DNA of 50,169 nucleotides from Myxococcota bacterium (GTDB lineage Bacteria; Myxococcota_A; Polyangia; Nannocystales; Nannocystaceae): NCBI GenBank assembly GCA_039028615.1, contig JBCCHT010000061.1, positions 1 to 50,169 of the forward strand, read 5' to 3'. Shown piece by piece: positions 41,449 to 50,169 of this stretch (position 1 is its first letter; each line of letters starts with the position of its first letter). The notes under the pieces were generated by a model. It saw only the letters and a program-made list of their open reading frames with translations, ran no database searches and was not told where the DNA came from. The position numbers and the translations under genes were made by a program.

Positions 41449-42179
41449 CGTACGGAGGCCTTGCGCGTCTGCGCGCCGCGATCTCGATCGGCCCCCTGCA
41501 CCCCATTTTTTCAGCAAGGCCATGGGTGCGGGTTCACCGACCGAGTGACCTACGCCCCACCCCTGTCGTCCCATCATGGACCCGTCACATAACTGTCGTT
41601 ACTCCGCGCCATCCTTCGGTTGTTCGGGTCCCAATCGGCTTCGTCATCGGCACGCGTCACGGTGACATCCGAACGAAATCACCGACCGCGAATAGCCCGC
41701 AGCGCGACCTCGCTCGCCCGCGGCTCGTCGCGATGTCCAACGACGCCTAGGTCCTCGGGCACGCGCAAACTCCCGGCCTTCGACAACGAGGTTCGGTCGC
41801 CAATTGGGCGACGAATCGCGCTGGACGGCGTCGACGCGTAACCAACCTGGGGTCCGTCGACTACGACGATTCCGAGCCACGAAAATAGATGTGATGGCTC
41901 AGGCGTTGCTTGGACATTCAACAAGCACACGAGCATCGACGGATATGAGCTGCCACCGACACCCACGATCGAAGACCCGTCGCACCGCGGCGATCGGACG
42001 ATCAATCTGTTGGACAGGGCACCAAGGAAGCAGCGTCAAAAGAGCGGATACGCGACCTCTCAGAGGTAACCAAGAGAACGCTTCCGTCACCCGTTGAACA
42101 AATGCCCTGTGTACAATGGCACCGGGGCCGGTTCACATCGGCCCACTCTTGTCCTTAGCACTCGCTTCTTTGGCCCGAA

Positions 42180-43583
42180 ATGACCACGCGCAGGAACTCA
42201 TCGAACGGAGCATCGACCCGCGTCGAGCGTAACGTCCGAGATCGCGATCAAACGATCCGATTCGACTCGCTGGCGCACGAGGACGACGACTTCGAGATCG
42301 AGTTGCCCCGCGACGGCATGATCGACGGGCGCTACCGGGTGCTGGATCGAGTGGGCGACGGCGGCATGGGAGTGGTGTTGCGAGCCCGCGACGAGCGACT
42401 CCACCGCGAGGTCGCCCTCAAGCTCATTCGCCCCGTGCTGACCCGCGACCGCGAGATGGTCGATCAGTTCCTCGCGGAGGCACGGGCCATGGCTCAGCTT
42501 CGGCACCCCAACGTGGTCGAGGTCTACGACTTCGGCGAGCACGATCGCCTGCCCTACTTCGCGATGCGCTTCGTCGACGGCCCCGACCTGCACTCGTGGG
42601 TCACCAGCCAGACGCCACCGCTGCCCGTCGACGTGGCGCTCGGCATCTTCGGCCAGATCTGCGATGGCGTGGCCGCCATTCACGACGCGGGCGTGGTGCA
42701 CCGCGACATCAAGCCGGAGAACATGCTGCTCGATGCGGGCTTCCGCGTGGTGGTGACCGACTTCGGCTTGGTGCGACCGGTCAGCGACGAGCCCAGCGGA
42801 GAGCAGCCCTCGTTCCAGGTCACGGGCGGCACGGCCAGCTACATGGCGCCCGAGCTGGTCGAAGACGACGACCCCGATCCGCGGCTCGCGGTGCGGGCCG
42901 ACGTCTACGCGCTGGGCATGCTGGCGTACTGGCTGCTCGTGGGGCGACACCCCTTCAAGGCCAAGACCCGCTCGCAGATGCTCAACCAGCAGATCTTCGC
43001 GAGGCCGGCCCCGCCCAGCGAGCTGCGACCCGACCTGCCGCGAGCCCTCGACCGCGTGGTGCTGCAGGCCCTGCAAAAAGACCCGCGCCAGCGACCGGCC
43101 GATGCCCGGCAGCTCGCCGAGCAGTTCCGGGCCGCACGGCAGAGCGTGGGCCGACCGCGACCGCGCATCGTGGTGGTCGACGAAGACGGCCCGAGCCTGC
43201 GCTGGGTCGGCGACGTCTTGCGCGAGGCCCTGCCGATGGTGGACATCGACCTGCTCGAGCGCTCCGACGACGCCCTCGAGCGCATCGAAGCCGACCCGCC
43301 CTCGCTGGTCATCACCGCGCTGGAGAACCGCAGCATCAGCGGCCTGGAGCTCGCCGCCACCATGCGCGGCAACCCGGCGACGGAGCTCATCCCGATGGTG
43401 GTGTTGTCCTCGGTGGGCGGCGCCCCGGAGTGGCGAACCCTGTGGCACATCGGCGTGCAGGGCTTTTTGCTCAAGCCGCTGACCCGCGAGACCTTCGTCC
43501 CGATGGTCCGCGGCCTGCTGCCTCGGCTCGGGCCCACGACCGGCACACGCTCGACCCGAGAGCTCGGCTCCGCCTCGCGCTGA
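42180..43583 (+). CDS. Cytoplasmic Ser/Thr kinase fused to a C-terminal (pseudo)receiver domain
   Basis: VGDGGMGVV, HRDIKPEN, DFG and YMAPE, then RIVVVDED..LVITALE..SGLEL..VVLS..FLLKP. Confidence 0.93.
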   Translation: MTTRRNSSNGASTRVERNVRDRDQTIRFDSLAHEDDDFEIELPRDGMIDGRYRVLDRVGDGGMGVVLRARDERLHREVALKLIRPVLTRDREMVDQFLAEARAMAQLRHPNVVEVYDFGEHDRLPYFAMRFVDGPDLHSWVTSQTPPLPVDVALGIFGQICDGVAAIHDAGVVHRDIKPENMLLDAGFRVVVTDFGLVRPVSDEPSGEQPSFQVTGGTASYMAPELVEDDDPDPRLAVRADVYALGMLAYWLLVGRHPFKAKTRSQMLNQQIFARPAPPSELRPDLPRALDRVVLQALQKDPRQRPADARQLAEQFRAARQSVGRPRPRIVVVDEDGPSLRWVGDVLREALPMVDIDLLERSDDALERIEADPPSLVITALENRSISGLELAATMRGNPATELIPMVVLSSVGGAPEWRTLWHIGVQGFLLKPLTRETFVPMVRGLLPRLGPTTGTRSTRELGSASR

Positions 43584-43587
43584 GCCG

Positions 43588-44214
43588 CTAGAGCTTCTGC
43601 ATCCCGCGTTTGGCCTTGGGCGCGGGCTCGTTGCCGTCGCAGGGTTGGTCTGCGTCGATGACCTCGGGGCCCGGGATCTCGATCTCCCCCTCGATGAGGT
43701 CGTCGGGGATGACGGCCGCGCCCGCGAGCGGCATGGGCTCGGGCACGTCGATGGGCGGCTTGGGCTGCACCTGGTCGGGCGTGACCTCGGGCATCTCCAT
43801 CTTGCCCACCTCGACCACGTCGTCGCGATGGATGACCTCGACCTCGCCGATGCCCGGCTCGCCTTCGCCGTGGGGCGTGCACGCGGCCAAGGCCACGCTC
43901 ATCGCCGCTGCGGCCAGGCCGGCCCGTCGCTTCGGCCGCGCCCGCAGCCGCGACACGGGGACGAGTGTGACCTCGGGCTCGGGCTCGGGCTGGAACCGGA
44001 TGCGCCCCTGCTCGTCGCGAGCGTAGGAGATGCACATCTTCTTGCCCCGGTTGGCGCCCATGAAGCTCCGCGCTTCGTCGCGGGTCATGTTCGACACGTT
44101 GGTCACGTTCTTCGAGCAGTGCGTACAGTGGGAGACCTTGGCCTCGCGATCGAAGCCGATGGTGTCGAGATCGATGGGACAGGGACCGGAGATGGGCAGG
44201 GAGTCGGCGTGCAT
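43588..44214 (-). CDS. Hypothetical protein: N-terminal 4-Cys domain, TM with lipobox-like LAAC, acidic Pro-rich tail
   Basis: PISGPC..HCTHCSKNV.NVSNMT..MCISY and RRAGLAAAAMSVALAAC. Confidence 0.75.
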   Translation of the reverse strand: MHADSLPISGPCPIDLDTIGFDREAKVSHCTHCSKNVTNVSNMTRDEARSFMGANRGKKMCISYARDEQGRIRFQPEPEPEVTLVPVSRLRARPKRRAGLAAAAMSVALAACTPHGEGEPGIGEVEVIHRDDVVEVGKMEMPEVTPDQVQPKPPIDVPEPMPLAGAAVIPDDLIEGEIEIPGPEVIDADQPCDGNEPAPKAKRGMQKL

Positions 44215-44328
44215 CGAATCGTGACCTCGGTGGGTCGACACGCACGGGCTCCAACAACGATCTAAGCCATCGAACGAGCGCCACACCACCGTGAAATCAG
44301 GGCATTTTTGGGGCATCATGGCGTCGCC

Positions 44329-45003
44329 GTGGCACGGGACGAGGTGGTCATCATCGGGGCGGGGGGCTTCGGCCGCGAGGTGCTCGACGTGCTGCACGCC
44401 ATCAACGCGCAGGCCCCCACCTTCGAGATCCGGGGCTTCGTGGTCGAGCCCGGGTTCCAGGAACCAGGCGAGCGCATCCACGGCGTGCCCGTGCTGGGCT
44501 ACTTCGATTGGCTCGAGCGCAACGCGGGTCGGGTGCGAGCGCTGTGCGGCGTGGGGGCGCCCGCGGTCCGTCGGCGCATGGTCGAGACCGCGGCGTCGTT
44601 CGGGGTCGAGTTCGCCAACGCCGTCCATCCCCGCGCGACCATGAGCCGATGGGTGCGCCTGGGCGCAGGCACCATCGTCACCGCGGGCTGCATCCTGACC
44701 AACGACATCGCGGTGGGCGAGCACGTGCACCTCAACCTCGCCAGCACCGTCGGCCACGACGTCGTCATCGAAGACACCGTCACCGTGTCTCCCGGGGTGC
44801 ACGTCTCGGGCAACGTACGGCTCGCCGAGGGCAGCTTCCTCGGCACGGGGGCCAACCTCATCGAGGGCGTCCACGTCGGCTCCTGGTCCGTGGTGGGAGC
44901 AGGTGCGACCGTCATCGAAGACGTCCCGGCCAACGCGACCGTCGTGGGTGTTCCCGCGCGAACGACCAGCGTACGCGACCCGGGCTGGCACCTGCGCCCC
45001 TGA
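44329..45003 (+). CDS. NeuD/PglD-family hexapeptide sugar O/N-acetyltransferase
   Basis: VIIGAGGFGREV, NAVHP, VGHD, hexapeptide repeats and VVGVPAR. Confidence 0.93.
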   Translation: MARDEVVIIGAGGFGREVLDVLHAINAQAPTFEIRGFVVEPGFQEPGERIHGVPVLGYFDWLERNAGRVRALCGVGAPAVRRRMVETAASFGVEFANAVHPRATMSRWVRLGAGTIVTAGCILTNDIAVGEHVHLNLASTVGHDVVIEDTVTVSPGVHVSGNVRLAEGSFLGTGANLIEGVHVGSWSVVGAGATVIEDVPANATVVGVPARTTSVRDPGWHLRP

Positions 45004-45119
45004 GCCACCGACGACACGGGAACATCGTGTTGCGGTCGCGGCCTACGGCCATCCGCGGGGCCGGATGCCGTTTGTTACCATCGGCGTCCTTCTTTCATTT
45101 TGAAAAGGACAGCCCCCAA

Positions 45120-46220
45120 ATGCCTCAAGAAGTGAAAATCGCCAAGCTCGGTGTCAACGACGACCTCAAAGCCTCACGGGTCGCAATCGACCAAGTCGGA
45201 CACTACCTGGTCACGGCCACCAAGAACGAAGGTGGCAATCTGCAGGTCACCTCCTGGTTCCTCGACCCCAACGGCACGCCGCGTCCCTACGACCGGGCCG
45301 TAGGCGGCGGCGTCGGCATCGTCGACATCCGCCACGTCGGCAACGGCGTGTTCGCCACCTCGGTGGAGAACGCGGTCGGCAACCTCGAGATCATCACCTG
45401 GAGCCTCTCGCCGCTCGGCAAGATCACCCGCCACGAAGAGATCGTGTTCGGCAAGGTCAGCGCCATCGCGACCGACGCGTTCGAGTATCACAACAAGCTC
45501 GTCGTGGCCGTGGTGGACTCCGCCGGCAAGGTTCGCATCAAGCTCCTCGACATCGACAAGGAGACCCACGCCCTGGAGCAGCTCGACAACGAGATCGGCA
45601 ACGACTCCAGCCTCGTCGACATCGAGACGGCGGGGACCCGACTCATCAACCTGTACTCCCGCGACGCGGACGGCAACTTCAAGGTCTCCTCGTTCCTCCA
45701 CGGTCACGAGGATGTCCGCCCCAGCCGCGGTGAGCCCTACGGCAGCGGCAACCTCGGCGCGATCAAGGTCGCCAAGCGCGGCGGTCGTCGTCGTAGCAAC
45801 AAGGGCAGCCGCGTCGCCCTCATCGACGGCCACGGCGGCCTGCGGGTCACCAGCCTCGGCTTCGGCCGTAGCCGGACCGAGCGTGGCGCCATCGAGATCA
45901 CCCGCCACGACAGCACCAAGGCCCCGGTCGGCAAGGCGATCAGCATCGCGTCGAACGATCGTGACTTCGGGTTCTGGACCGCGGTGCAGGGCGCCGATCA
46001 GAAGCTCCGCGTCGACTTCTGGGGCTACGGCGATCCGCTGGTGCACCATCCCGAGGGTGCGCCGGTCAATCACGGCAGCCACACCGACAGCCAGGCGATC
46101 AACGATGTGGTCTGCGCGTCGCCCTACTACGGCAACCACCTCGTGACCGCGGCCACCACCGACGGCGGAGGTCTCGTCGTGGCCGCATGGCGGGCCGACG
46201 GCGTCCAGCAAGCCGACTGA
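45120..46220 (+). CDS. Probable 7-bladed beta-propeller protein, no signal peptide
   Basis: Seven repeats of about 45-50 aa of the form (V)TA...G.L.V..W. AAGGA SD upstream of ATG 45120. Confidence 0.75.
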   Translation: MPQEVKIAKLGVNDDLKASRVAIDQVGHYLVTATKNEGGNLQVTSWFLDPNGTPRPYDRAVGGGVGIVDIRHVGNGVFATSVENAVGNLEIITWSLSPLGKITRHEEIVFGKVSAIATDAFEYHNKLVVAVVDSAGKVRIKLLDIDKETHALEQLDNEIGNDSSLVDIETAGTRLINLYSRDADGNFKVSSFLHGHEDVRPSRGEPYGSGNLGAIKVAKRGGRRRSNKGSRVALIDGHGGLRVTSLGFGRSRTERGAIEITRHDSTKAPVGKAISIASNDRDFGFWTAVQGADQKLRVDFWGYGDPLVHHPEGAPVNHGSHTDSQAINDVVCASPYYGNHLVTAATTDGGGLVVAAWRADGVQQAD

Positions 46221-46242
46221 GCGGACATCACCGCGATACGCG

Positions 46243-46278
46243 AAAGGCTCGCGCCGAAGTTCGGCGTCGAGCCTTTTT
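46243..46278 (+). terminator. Rho-independent terminator
   Basis: AAAGGCTCG-CGCCGAA-G-TTCGGCG-T-CGAGCCTTTTT. Confidence 0.8.
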
Positions 46279-46340
46279 GTTTGGCCCTCGTTCCCCGGGC
46301 CGTGGGGGGCGAGCTCCCGACACGCGGGAGCGGGCTACAC

Positions 46341-46766
46341 TCATTCTTCGCAGAATGGACTGCCCGCCTGGGCAGCGCTGCGTAGGGCCGCCGCCTGGGC
46401 CACCACGGCGGGGCTGGACTCGGGTTCCTTGCTCGAGCCCGCGCCCGTGCCCGTGGAGCCGGAGCCAGAGGACGAATAGGGATCGCTCTCGAGGGGGCCG
46501 TCGCCGGCGAGGTCGCTCAACGCTACGGAGCCGCCGTCGCCACCTCCATCGCCGCCGCCGTCATCGTCGCCGCTGCCGTCGGTGTTGGAGCCGTCGCCGA
46601 CGTGGTCGTCGTCGGGCAGGGAGCTAATCCCGCCCGGGCGGCGTGGGTCGTGCCAATCCCAATCCACGGAATCAGCATAGTTCACAAAACCGGGCGGCGC
46701 CCCTCGGTGAGACCTCTCCTCACATTGGGTGCCCGCCAGCGGCCAACCCTCGCCGATCGCCGCCAA
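46341..46766 (-). CDS. Small low-complexity G/D/S-rich hypothetical protein (start uncertain, possibly GTG 46685)
   Basis: GC3-rich codons in the GDDDGGGDGG stretch. No recognisable domain. Confidence 0.35.
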   Translation of the reverse strand: MAAIGEGWPLAGTQCEERSHRGAPPGFVNYADSVDWDWHDPRRPGGISSLPDDDHVGDGSNTDGSGDDDGGGDGGGDGGSVALSDLAGDGPLESDPYSSSGSGSTGTGAGSSKEPESSPAVVAQAAALRSAAQAGSPFCEE

Positions 46767-46815
46767 AGTTCGCAGAACGCGCTGGCTTCGAGGGTCCTTT
46801 CCGCCCCCGGCCGCC

Positions 46816-48381
46816 TCACCGTGGCGACGGCATCACGGGCGTGCGCGGCATGGGCTGGGTGGTACCCCGCGGGAAGGCCGGGCCCGGCTGCACCGGCTGG
46901 ATCGGTTGCACCGGCTGAACCTGCGGCTGCGTTTTTGGCTGCACCTGCGGCTGCGTTTTTGGCTGGGCCTGCGGCTGCACCTGGGGCTGCGTTTTGGGCT
47001 GGGCCTGCGGCTGCGTCGTCGGCTGCGCGATGGGCTCCTTGGGCTGAGCGGTCGGCGTGCCCGGCTGAATCGGCTGCGGCTTCGGGCCGACCGGCTCCGC
47101 CGTGGGGAGCGGCTGCCCGGTAGTCGGGTAGCGGTTCACCCCCGTCGGGTCCTTCGGATTCGCCGTCGGGTAGCGGTTCACCCCCGTCGGGTCCTTCGGA
47201 TTCGCCGTCGGGAAGCGGTTCAACCCCGTCGGATCCTTCGGATTCCCCGTCGGGTTGAGGCCGGGGAACTCCTTCGGGTTGATGCCGGGGAACTCCTTCG
47301 GGTTGATGCCGGGGTACGCAGGCAGGCGGTCGGTACCACGCCACTCGATCACGCCCAGGTCACCCACCGTCTTGTCGTAGTAACCGGCGTTGATGCGCGG
47401 GTCTCGGCCTTGGACCGCCTTCTCCACGGCTTCCTGCAGGGCCTTGGCTTCGTCGAGACGCCCGAGCTTTTCGTAGGCCGAGCCGAGATAAGCCTGATCG
47501 GAGTACCAGACCTTTCCGCTCGGGTCGGCTTTCTGCGCGGCCTCGAAGAACCGCGCCGCCCAGTCGAAGTGACCCGCCGCGTGGGCTCGCCGCGACCAAT
47601 TGGTGAGCATGCGGGCATCCCGGGCGAACTTGCGCAGCGCGAGCTTGTACTGCTTGATGTCGGCGATCGCGAGCGCGTCGTCCCACTCCTCGACGAAGGT
47701 GGGGAACTCGCGAATCGGCGGGTCCTCGCCCACGGGCACCGCCACGAGCTTCACCATGGGGATGCGGAGCTTGTCGCGACTGCCCAGCGGCACCGTCTCG
47801 TCGACGGGCACCGAGGTGTAAAAGCCGTCCTTTTCTACCCAGACGCGAATGTGGTCGATGTCGCTCTTGACGATGATGTCGAACTCGCCGTTGGCATTGG
47901 TGACGCGGGTCTGGATGTCCTCCATCTCCACCTTCACGTTGGCGTGCGCCACCGCCTCAGCCTCGGCCCCCTGCAAGTAGACGCGGCCGTACAGGAACTT
48001 CGCGTTCTCCTCTTGCTGCTGGATCTGGCCGTCGACGCAGCCCTCGGGCGCGATGAGCCCGTCCTTGGCGGTGAAGTGGATGATCAAGAAGATCGCCGCG
48101 ACACCGCCGGCCGCCACCTCGCCCAGCGCCTTGAACTTGAGCCTGAGGTCGACCTTCAGGCCGCCGACCACCCCCCACAAGACGATGGCCGCGCCCAAGG
48201 CCAAGCACACCGCGAGCACGTGGGCTTGGGTCTGCGAGACGCAATCGGGGATGAACGCCAGCACCAGGACGGTGACGAGCAACGCGGCGCCGATGCCCGT
48301 GCCGATCCACCGCGTGAGGAAGCGAGCGCGCTGGGCCGAGTCGAGCACGCCGCCTGAGCTTTGATCACCTTCGTCGGTCAT
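46816..48381 (-). CDS. 3-TM membrane protein with carboxypeptidase-regulatory-like domain, TPR-like helices and repetitive Pro/Gln tail
   Basis: Three hydrophobic segments, YGRV...VAHANVKV..TNANGEF..VEKDGF, AYLGSAYEKLGRLDEA and tandem peptide repeats. Confidence 0.8.
   Translation of the reverse strand: MTDEGDQSSGGVLDSAQRARFLTRWIGTGIGAALLVTVLVLAFIPDCVSQTQAHVLAVCLALGAAIVLWGVVGGLKVDLRLKFKALGEVAAGGVAAIFLIIHFTAKDGLIAPEGCVDGQIQQQEENAKFLYGRVYLQGAEAEAVAHANVKVEMEDIQTRVTNANGEFDIIVKSDIDHIRVWVEKDGFYTSVPVDETVPLGSRDKLRIPMVKLVAVPVGEDPPIREFPTFVEEWDDALAIADIKQYKLALRKFARDARMLTNWSRRAHAAGHFDWAARFFEAAQKADPSGKVWYSDQAYLGSAYEKLGRLDEAKALQEAVEKAVQGRDPRINAGYYDKTVGDLGVIEWRGTDRLPAYPGINPKEFPGINPKEFPGLNPTGNPKDPTGLNRFPTANPKDPTGVNRYPTANPKDPTGVNRYPTTGQPLPTAEPVGPKPQPIQPGTPTAQPKEPIAQPTTQPQAQPKTQPQVQPQAQPKTQPQVQPKTQPQVQPVQPIQPVQPGPAFPRGTTQPMPRTPVMPSPR
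47123..47313 (-). repeat. Coding tandem repeats: 3 x 42 bp (ANPKDPTGVNRYPT) and 2+ x 24 bp (PGINPKEF)
   Basis: 42-bp units start at 47123, 47165 and 47207. 24-bp units start at 47260 and 47284. Confidence 0.9.
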
Positions 48382-48447
48382 TGGGCCACTCCGTGGCGTC
48401 CAGTGTACCCGCGGCCGGCGGGGCGATTGAAGCGAGCGCGTAAACGC

Positions 48448-48496
48448 GAAAGGGCCCGGGCGAGCCGTCCCCGAGAGGAACGACGCGCCAGGGCCC
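48448..48496 (-). terminator. Possible terminator hairpin downstream of the M16 peptidase
   Basis: GGGCCC...GGGCCC-closed stem followed by TTTC on the minus strand. Confidence 0.4.
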
Positions 48497-48520
48497 CGAA
48501 ACGCGCGATGCGAGGGCGTA

Positions 48521-50169
48521 TTACTTCTTCTGCGCGGCGGTGACCGCCTCGGCGGTCGGGTCGATGACCTCGACCTCGGCGATGCCTCGCAGCTGCTTCT
48601 TCAGCGCCTTGGCCGAGCCCACCACCACGATGACCAGCGAATCGTCGTGGACCAGCCGCTTGGCCGCCTCGTTCATCTGAGCGCTGCTGACCTTGGCCAC
48701 CGCGTCGAGATAGTCCTGGTAGTAGTTCTCGGGCAGCTCGTCGCGCTCGAGGCTCCACAGGTCGCCGACCACGTCTTGCGGGGTCTCGCGACGGCCGGCG
48801 AAGCGACCGATGAGGTAGCTCTTGGAGAACGCCTCTTCCTTGTCGCTGGGGGCCTCGTTCTGCAGGCGATCGATCTCCTCGAGGATGGTCTCGACCGTCT
48901 CACCGACGGTGGAGTTCTTCGAGAAGGTGCTGACCACGAAGCGACCCGCGAAGCGGCTGGACGAGAAGCCTCCGCCCGCGCCGTAGGTCAGGCCCTTCTT
49001 GACGCGGATGGTGTCGTTGAGCCGGCTGTTGAAGCCGCCGCCGAACACGTCCGAGAGCACGCGAGCGGTGAACCAGTCCTCGTTGGTGCGGGTGATGCCC
49101 ACGTGGCCGACGCGGATCTGCGCCTGATCGCCGGGCTTGTCGACGAGGTAGATCTTGGTCTTGCTGCGAGCGGGCGGCTCGGCGACCTTGACCTCGGGCT
49201 TGGCCCCCTCGGCCGTCCACCCGCCGAAGTGCTCCTCGGCCAGGGCGAACGCGTCGTCCGGGCTCAGGTCACCCGCGACGTAGAGCACGGTGGTGTCGGG
49301 GCGCACGTAGGTCGACCACCAGCCGCGCAGGCCTTCGACGTTGATGCCGTCGAGGTCCTTGGACTGGGCGTCGGCCGTGCGCTCGTAGGGGTGACCGGGG
49401 AACATGCGACGACGCAGCTCGCGGTCGGCGAGGAACTGCGGCGAGCGCTCGGTGATGGCCAGCCCGGTACGCACCTGCTTGGTCAGCTTGGGCAGCTCGT
49501 CCTCGGGGAAGGTCGGGCGCTGCACCGCCTCGGCCAGCAGCTTCATCGCTCGGCCCGCCTGGGGCGTGACCGCGCTGGCGTTGACCTGACCGGAGTCCAT
49601 GCCCACCGAGCCACCCAGGCTGATCGCGTAGGTGTCGAGCTCGTCGGACATCGCCTCGTAGTCGTACTCCTTGGTGCCGCGGCTGAGCATCGACACGGCC
49701 ATGGAGGCCGCGCCCGGCATCTCGTCGGGGTCGGCGAAGGCCCCGAAGCGCATGCCCAGGGTGTAGGTCACGAAGGGCACCTCGTGGTTTTCGATGGCCA
49801 CGACGCGCAGCCCGTTGGGCAGCACGTGGTCGGTGTGCTCGATCTCGACCTTGGGCGGCACGGGCGGCGCCACGGTGGGCGTGGTGGCCATGGTGTCGGG
49901 TCGCACCAGGCCGGGCTTGCCCGAGCCCTCGCCGCTGATCTCCTCGGAGCCGGTCGCGGTATCTTCCTTCTTCTTGCTCTTCTTGCCGCCGCGGAACTGG
50001 TCGACGATGAAGCCCATCAGGTTGGGCTCGATGCGGATCTCGATCTCGCGATCGGCCACGAAGTGCCGCTTGGCCACCTCTTGAAGGTCGGCGGCCGTGA
50101 CCGCGTCGATCTCCTTGAAGGAGTCGTTGACCGACTCGATGTCCTTTTTGATGACCGCGGCGTCGCCCA
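48521..50169 (-). CDS. M16 (pitrilysin/PqqL-like) zinc peptidase, C-terminal half; 5' partial
   Basis: LPNGLRV, MLSRGT, LYVAGD, IYLVDKPG.QAQIRVG and GGGFNSRL..IRVKKGLTYG. The frame is open to the window end. Confidence 0.93.
   Translation of the reverse strand, partial: GDAAVIKKDIESVNDSFKEIDAVTAADLQEVAKRHFVADREIEIRIEPNLMGFIVDQFRGGKKSKKKEDTATGSEEISGEGSGKPGLVRPDTMATTPTVAPPVPPKVEIEHTDHVLPNGLRVVAIENHEVPFVTYTLGMRFGAFADPDEMPGAASMAVSMLSRGTKEYDYEAMSDELDTYAISLGGSVGMDSGQVNASAVTPQAGRAMKLLAEAVQRPTFPEDELPKLTKQVRTGLAITERSPQFLADRELRRRMFPGHPYERTADAQSKDLDGINVEGLRGWWSTYVRPDTTVLYVAGDLSPDDAFALAEEHFGGWTAEGAKPEVKVAEPPARSKTKIYLVDKPGDQAQIRVGHVGITRTNEDWFTARVLSDVFGGGFNSRLNDTIRVKKGLTYGAGGGFSSSRFAGRFVVSTFSKNSTVGETVETILEEIDRLQNEAPSDKEEAFSKSYLIGRFAGRRETPQDVVGDLWSLERDELPENYYQDYLDAVAKVSSAQMNEAAKRLVHDDSLVIVVVGSAKALKKQLRGIAEVEVIDPTAEAVTAAQKK

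Noticed and set aside
42094..42117. TTGAAC...TACAAT sigma70-like promoter
   Set aside because: The spacer is only 12 nt. The -10 alone may be real but the pair is not supportable.
47123..47313. Direct repeats that could suggest a CRISPR array
   Set aside because: The units are contiguous, multiples of 3 and in frame in a CDS, with no spacers or cas genes.

Overview
This is a very GC-rich window with a gene set typical of a myxobacterium. Nannocystaceae-like is an inference from the many lipoproteins with Thr/Ser/Gly/Asp-rich linkers, paralogous vWA-like lipoproteins, TPR-bearing Ser/Thr kinases and ECF sigma factors. About 41 plausible CDSs were identified: 3 ECF sigma factors (one in a sigma/FecR-like/outer-membrane-like/Cys-rich lipoprotein cluster, one paired with a Ser/Thr kinase), 3 Hanks-type kinases, a REC-GGDEF cyclase, an LCP protein, a YceI pair, a bestrophin, a methyltransferase, a DUF4132 protein, a GT2, a TetR-controlled amidohydrolase operon, OmpA, DUF885, triple-spondin and dockerin lipoproteins, a radical SAM enzyme, maeB, an acetyltransferase and a partial M16 peptidase. 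No rRNA, tRNA, CRISPR array or transposase was found. The standout is an orphan 393-aa protein (13603-14784). It combines an eCIS-cargo-like leader, an atypical (HopBF1/actin-fragmin/PI3-4K-like) kinase core and a polybasic tail ending in a eukaryotic CaaX prenylation box (GCCTVM), making it a candidate anti-eukaryote effector. Other highlights are a ppGalNAc-T-like glycosyltransferase, a repeated ECF promoter motif at identical spacing to two start codons, widespread apparent leaderless promoters, and two structured non-coding regions. All family calls come from reading motifs by eye; no database searches were run.
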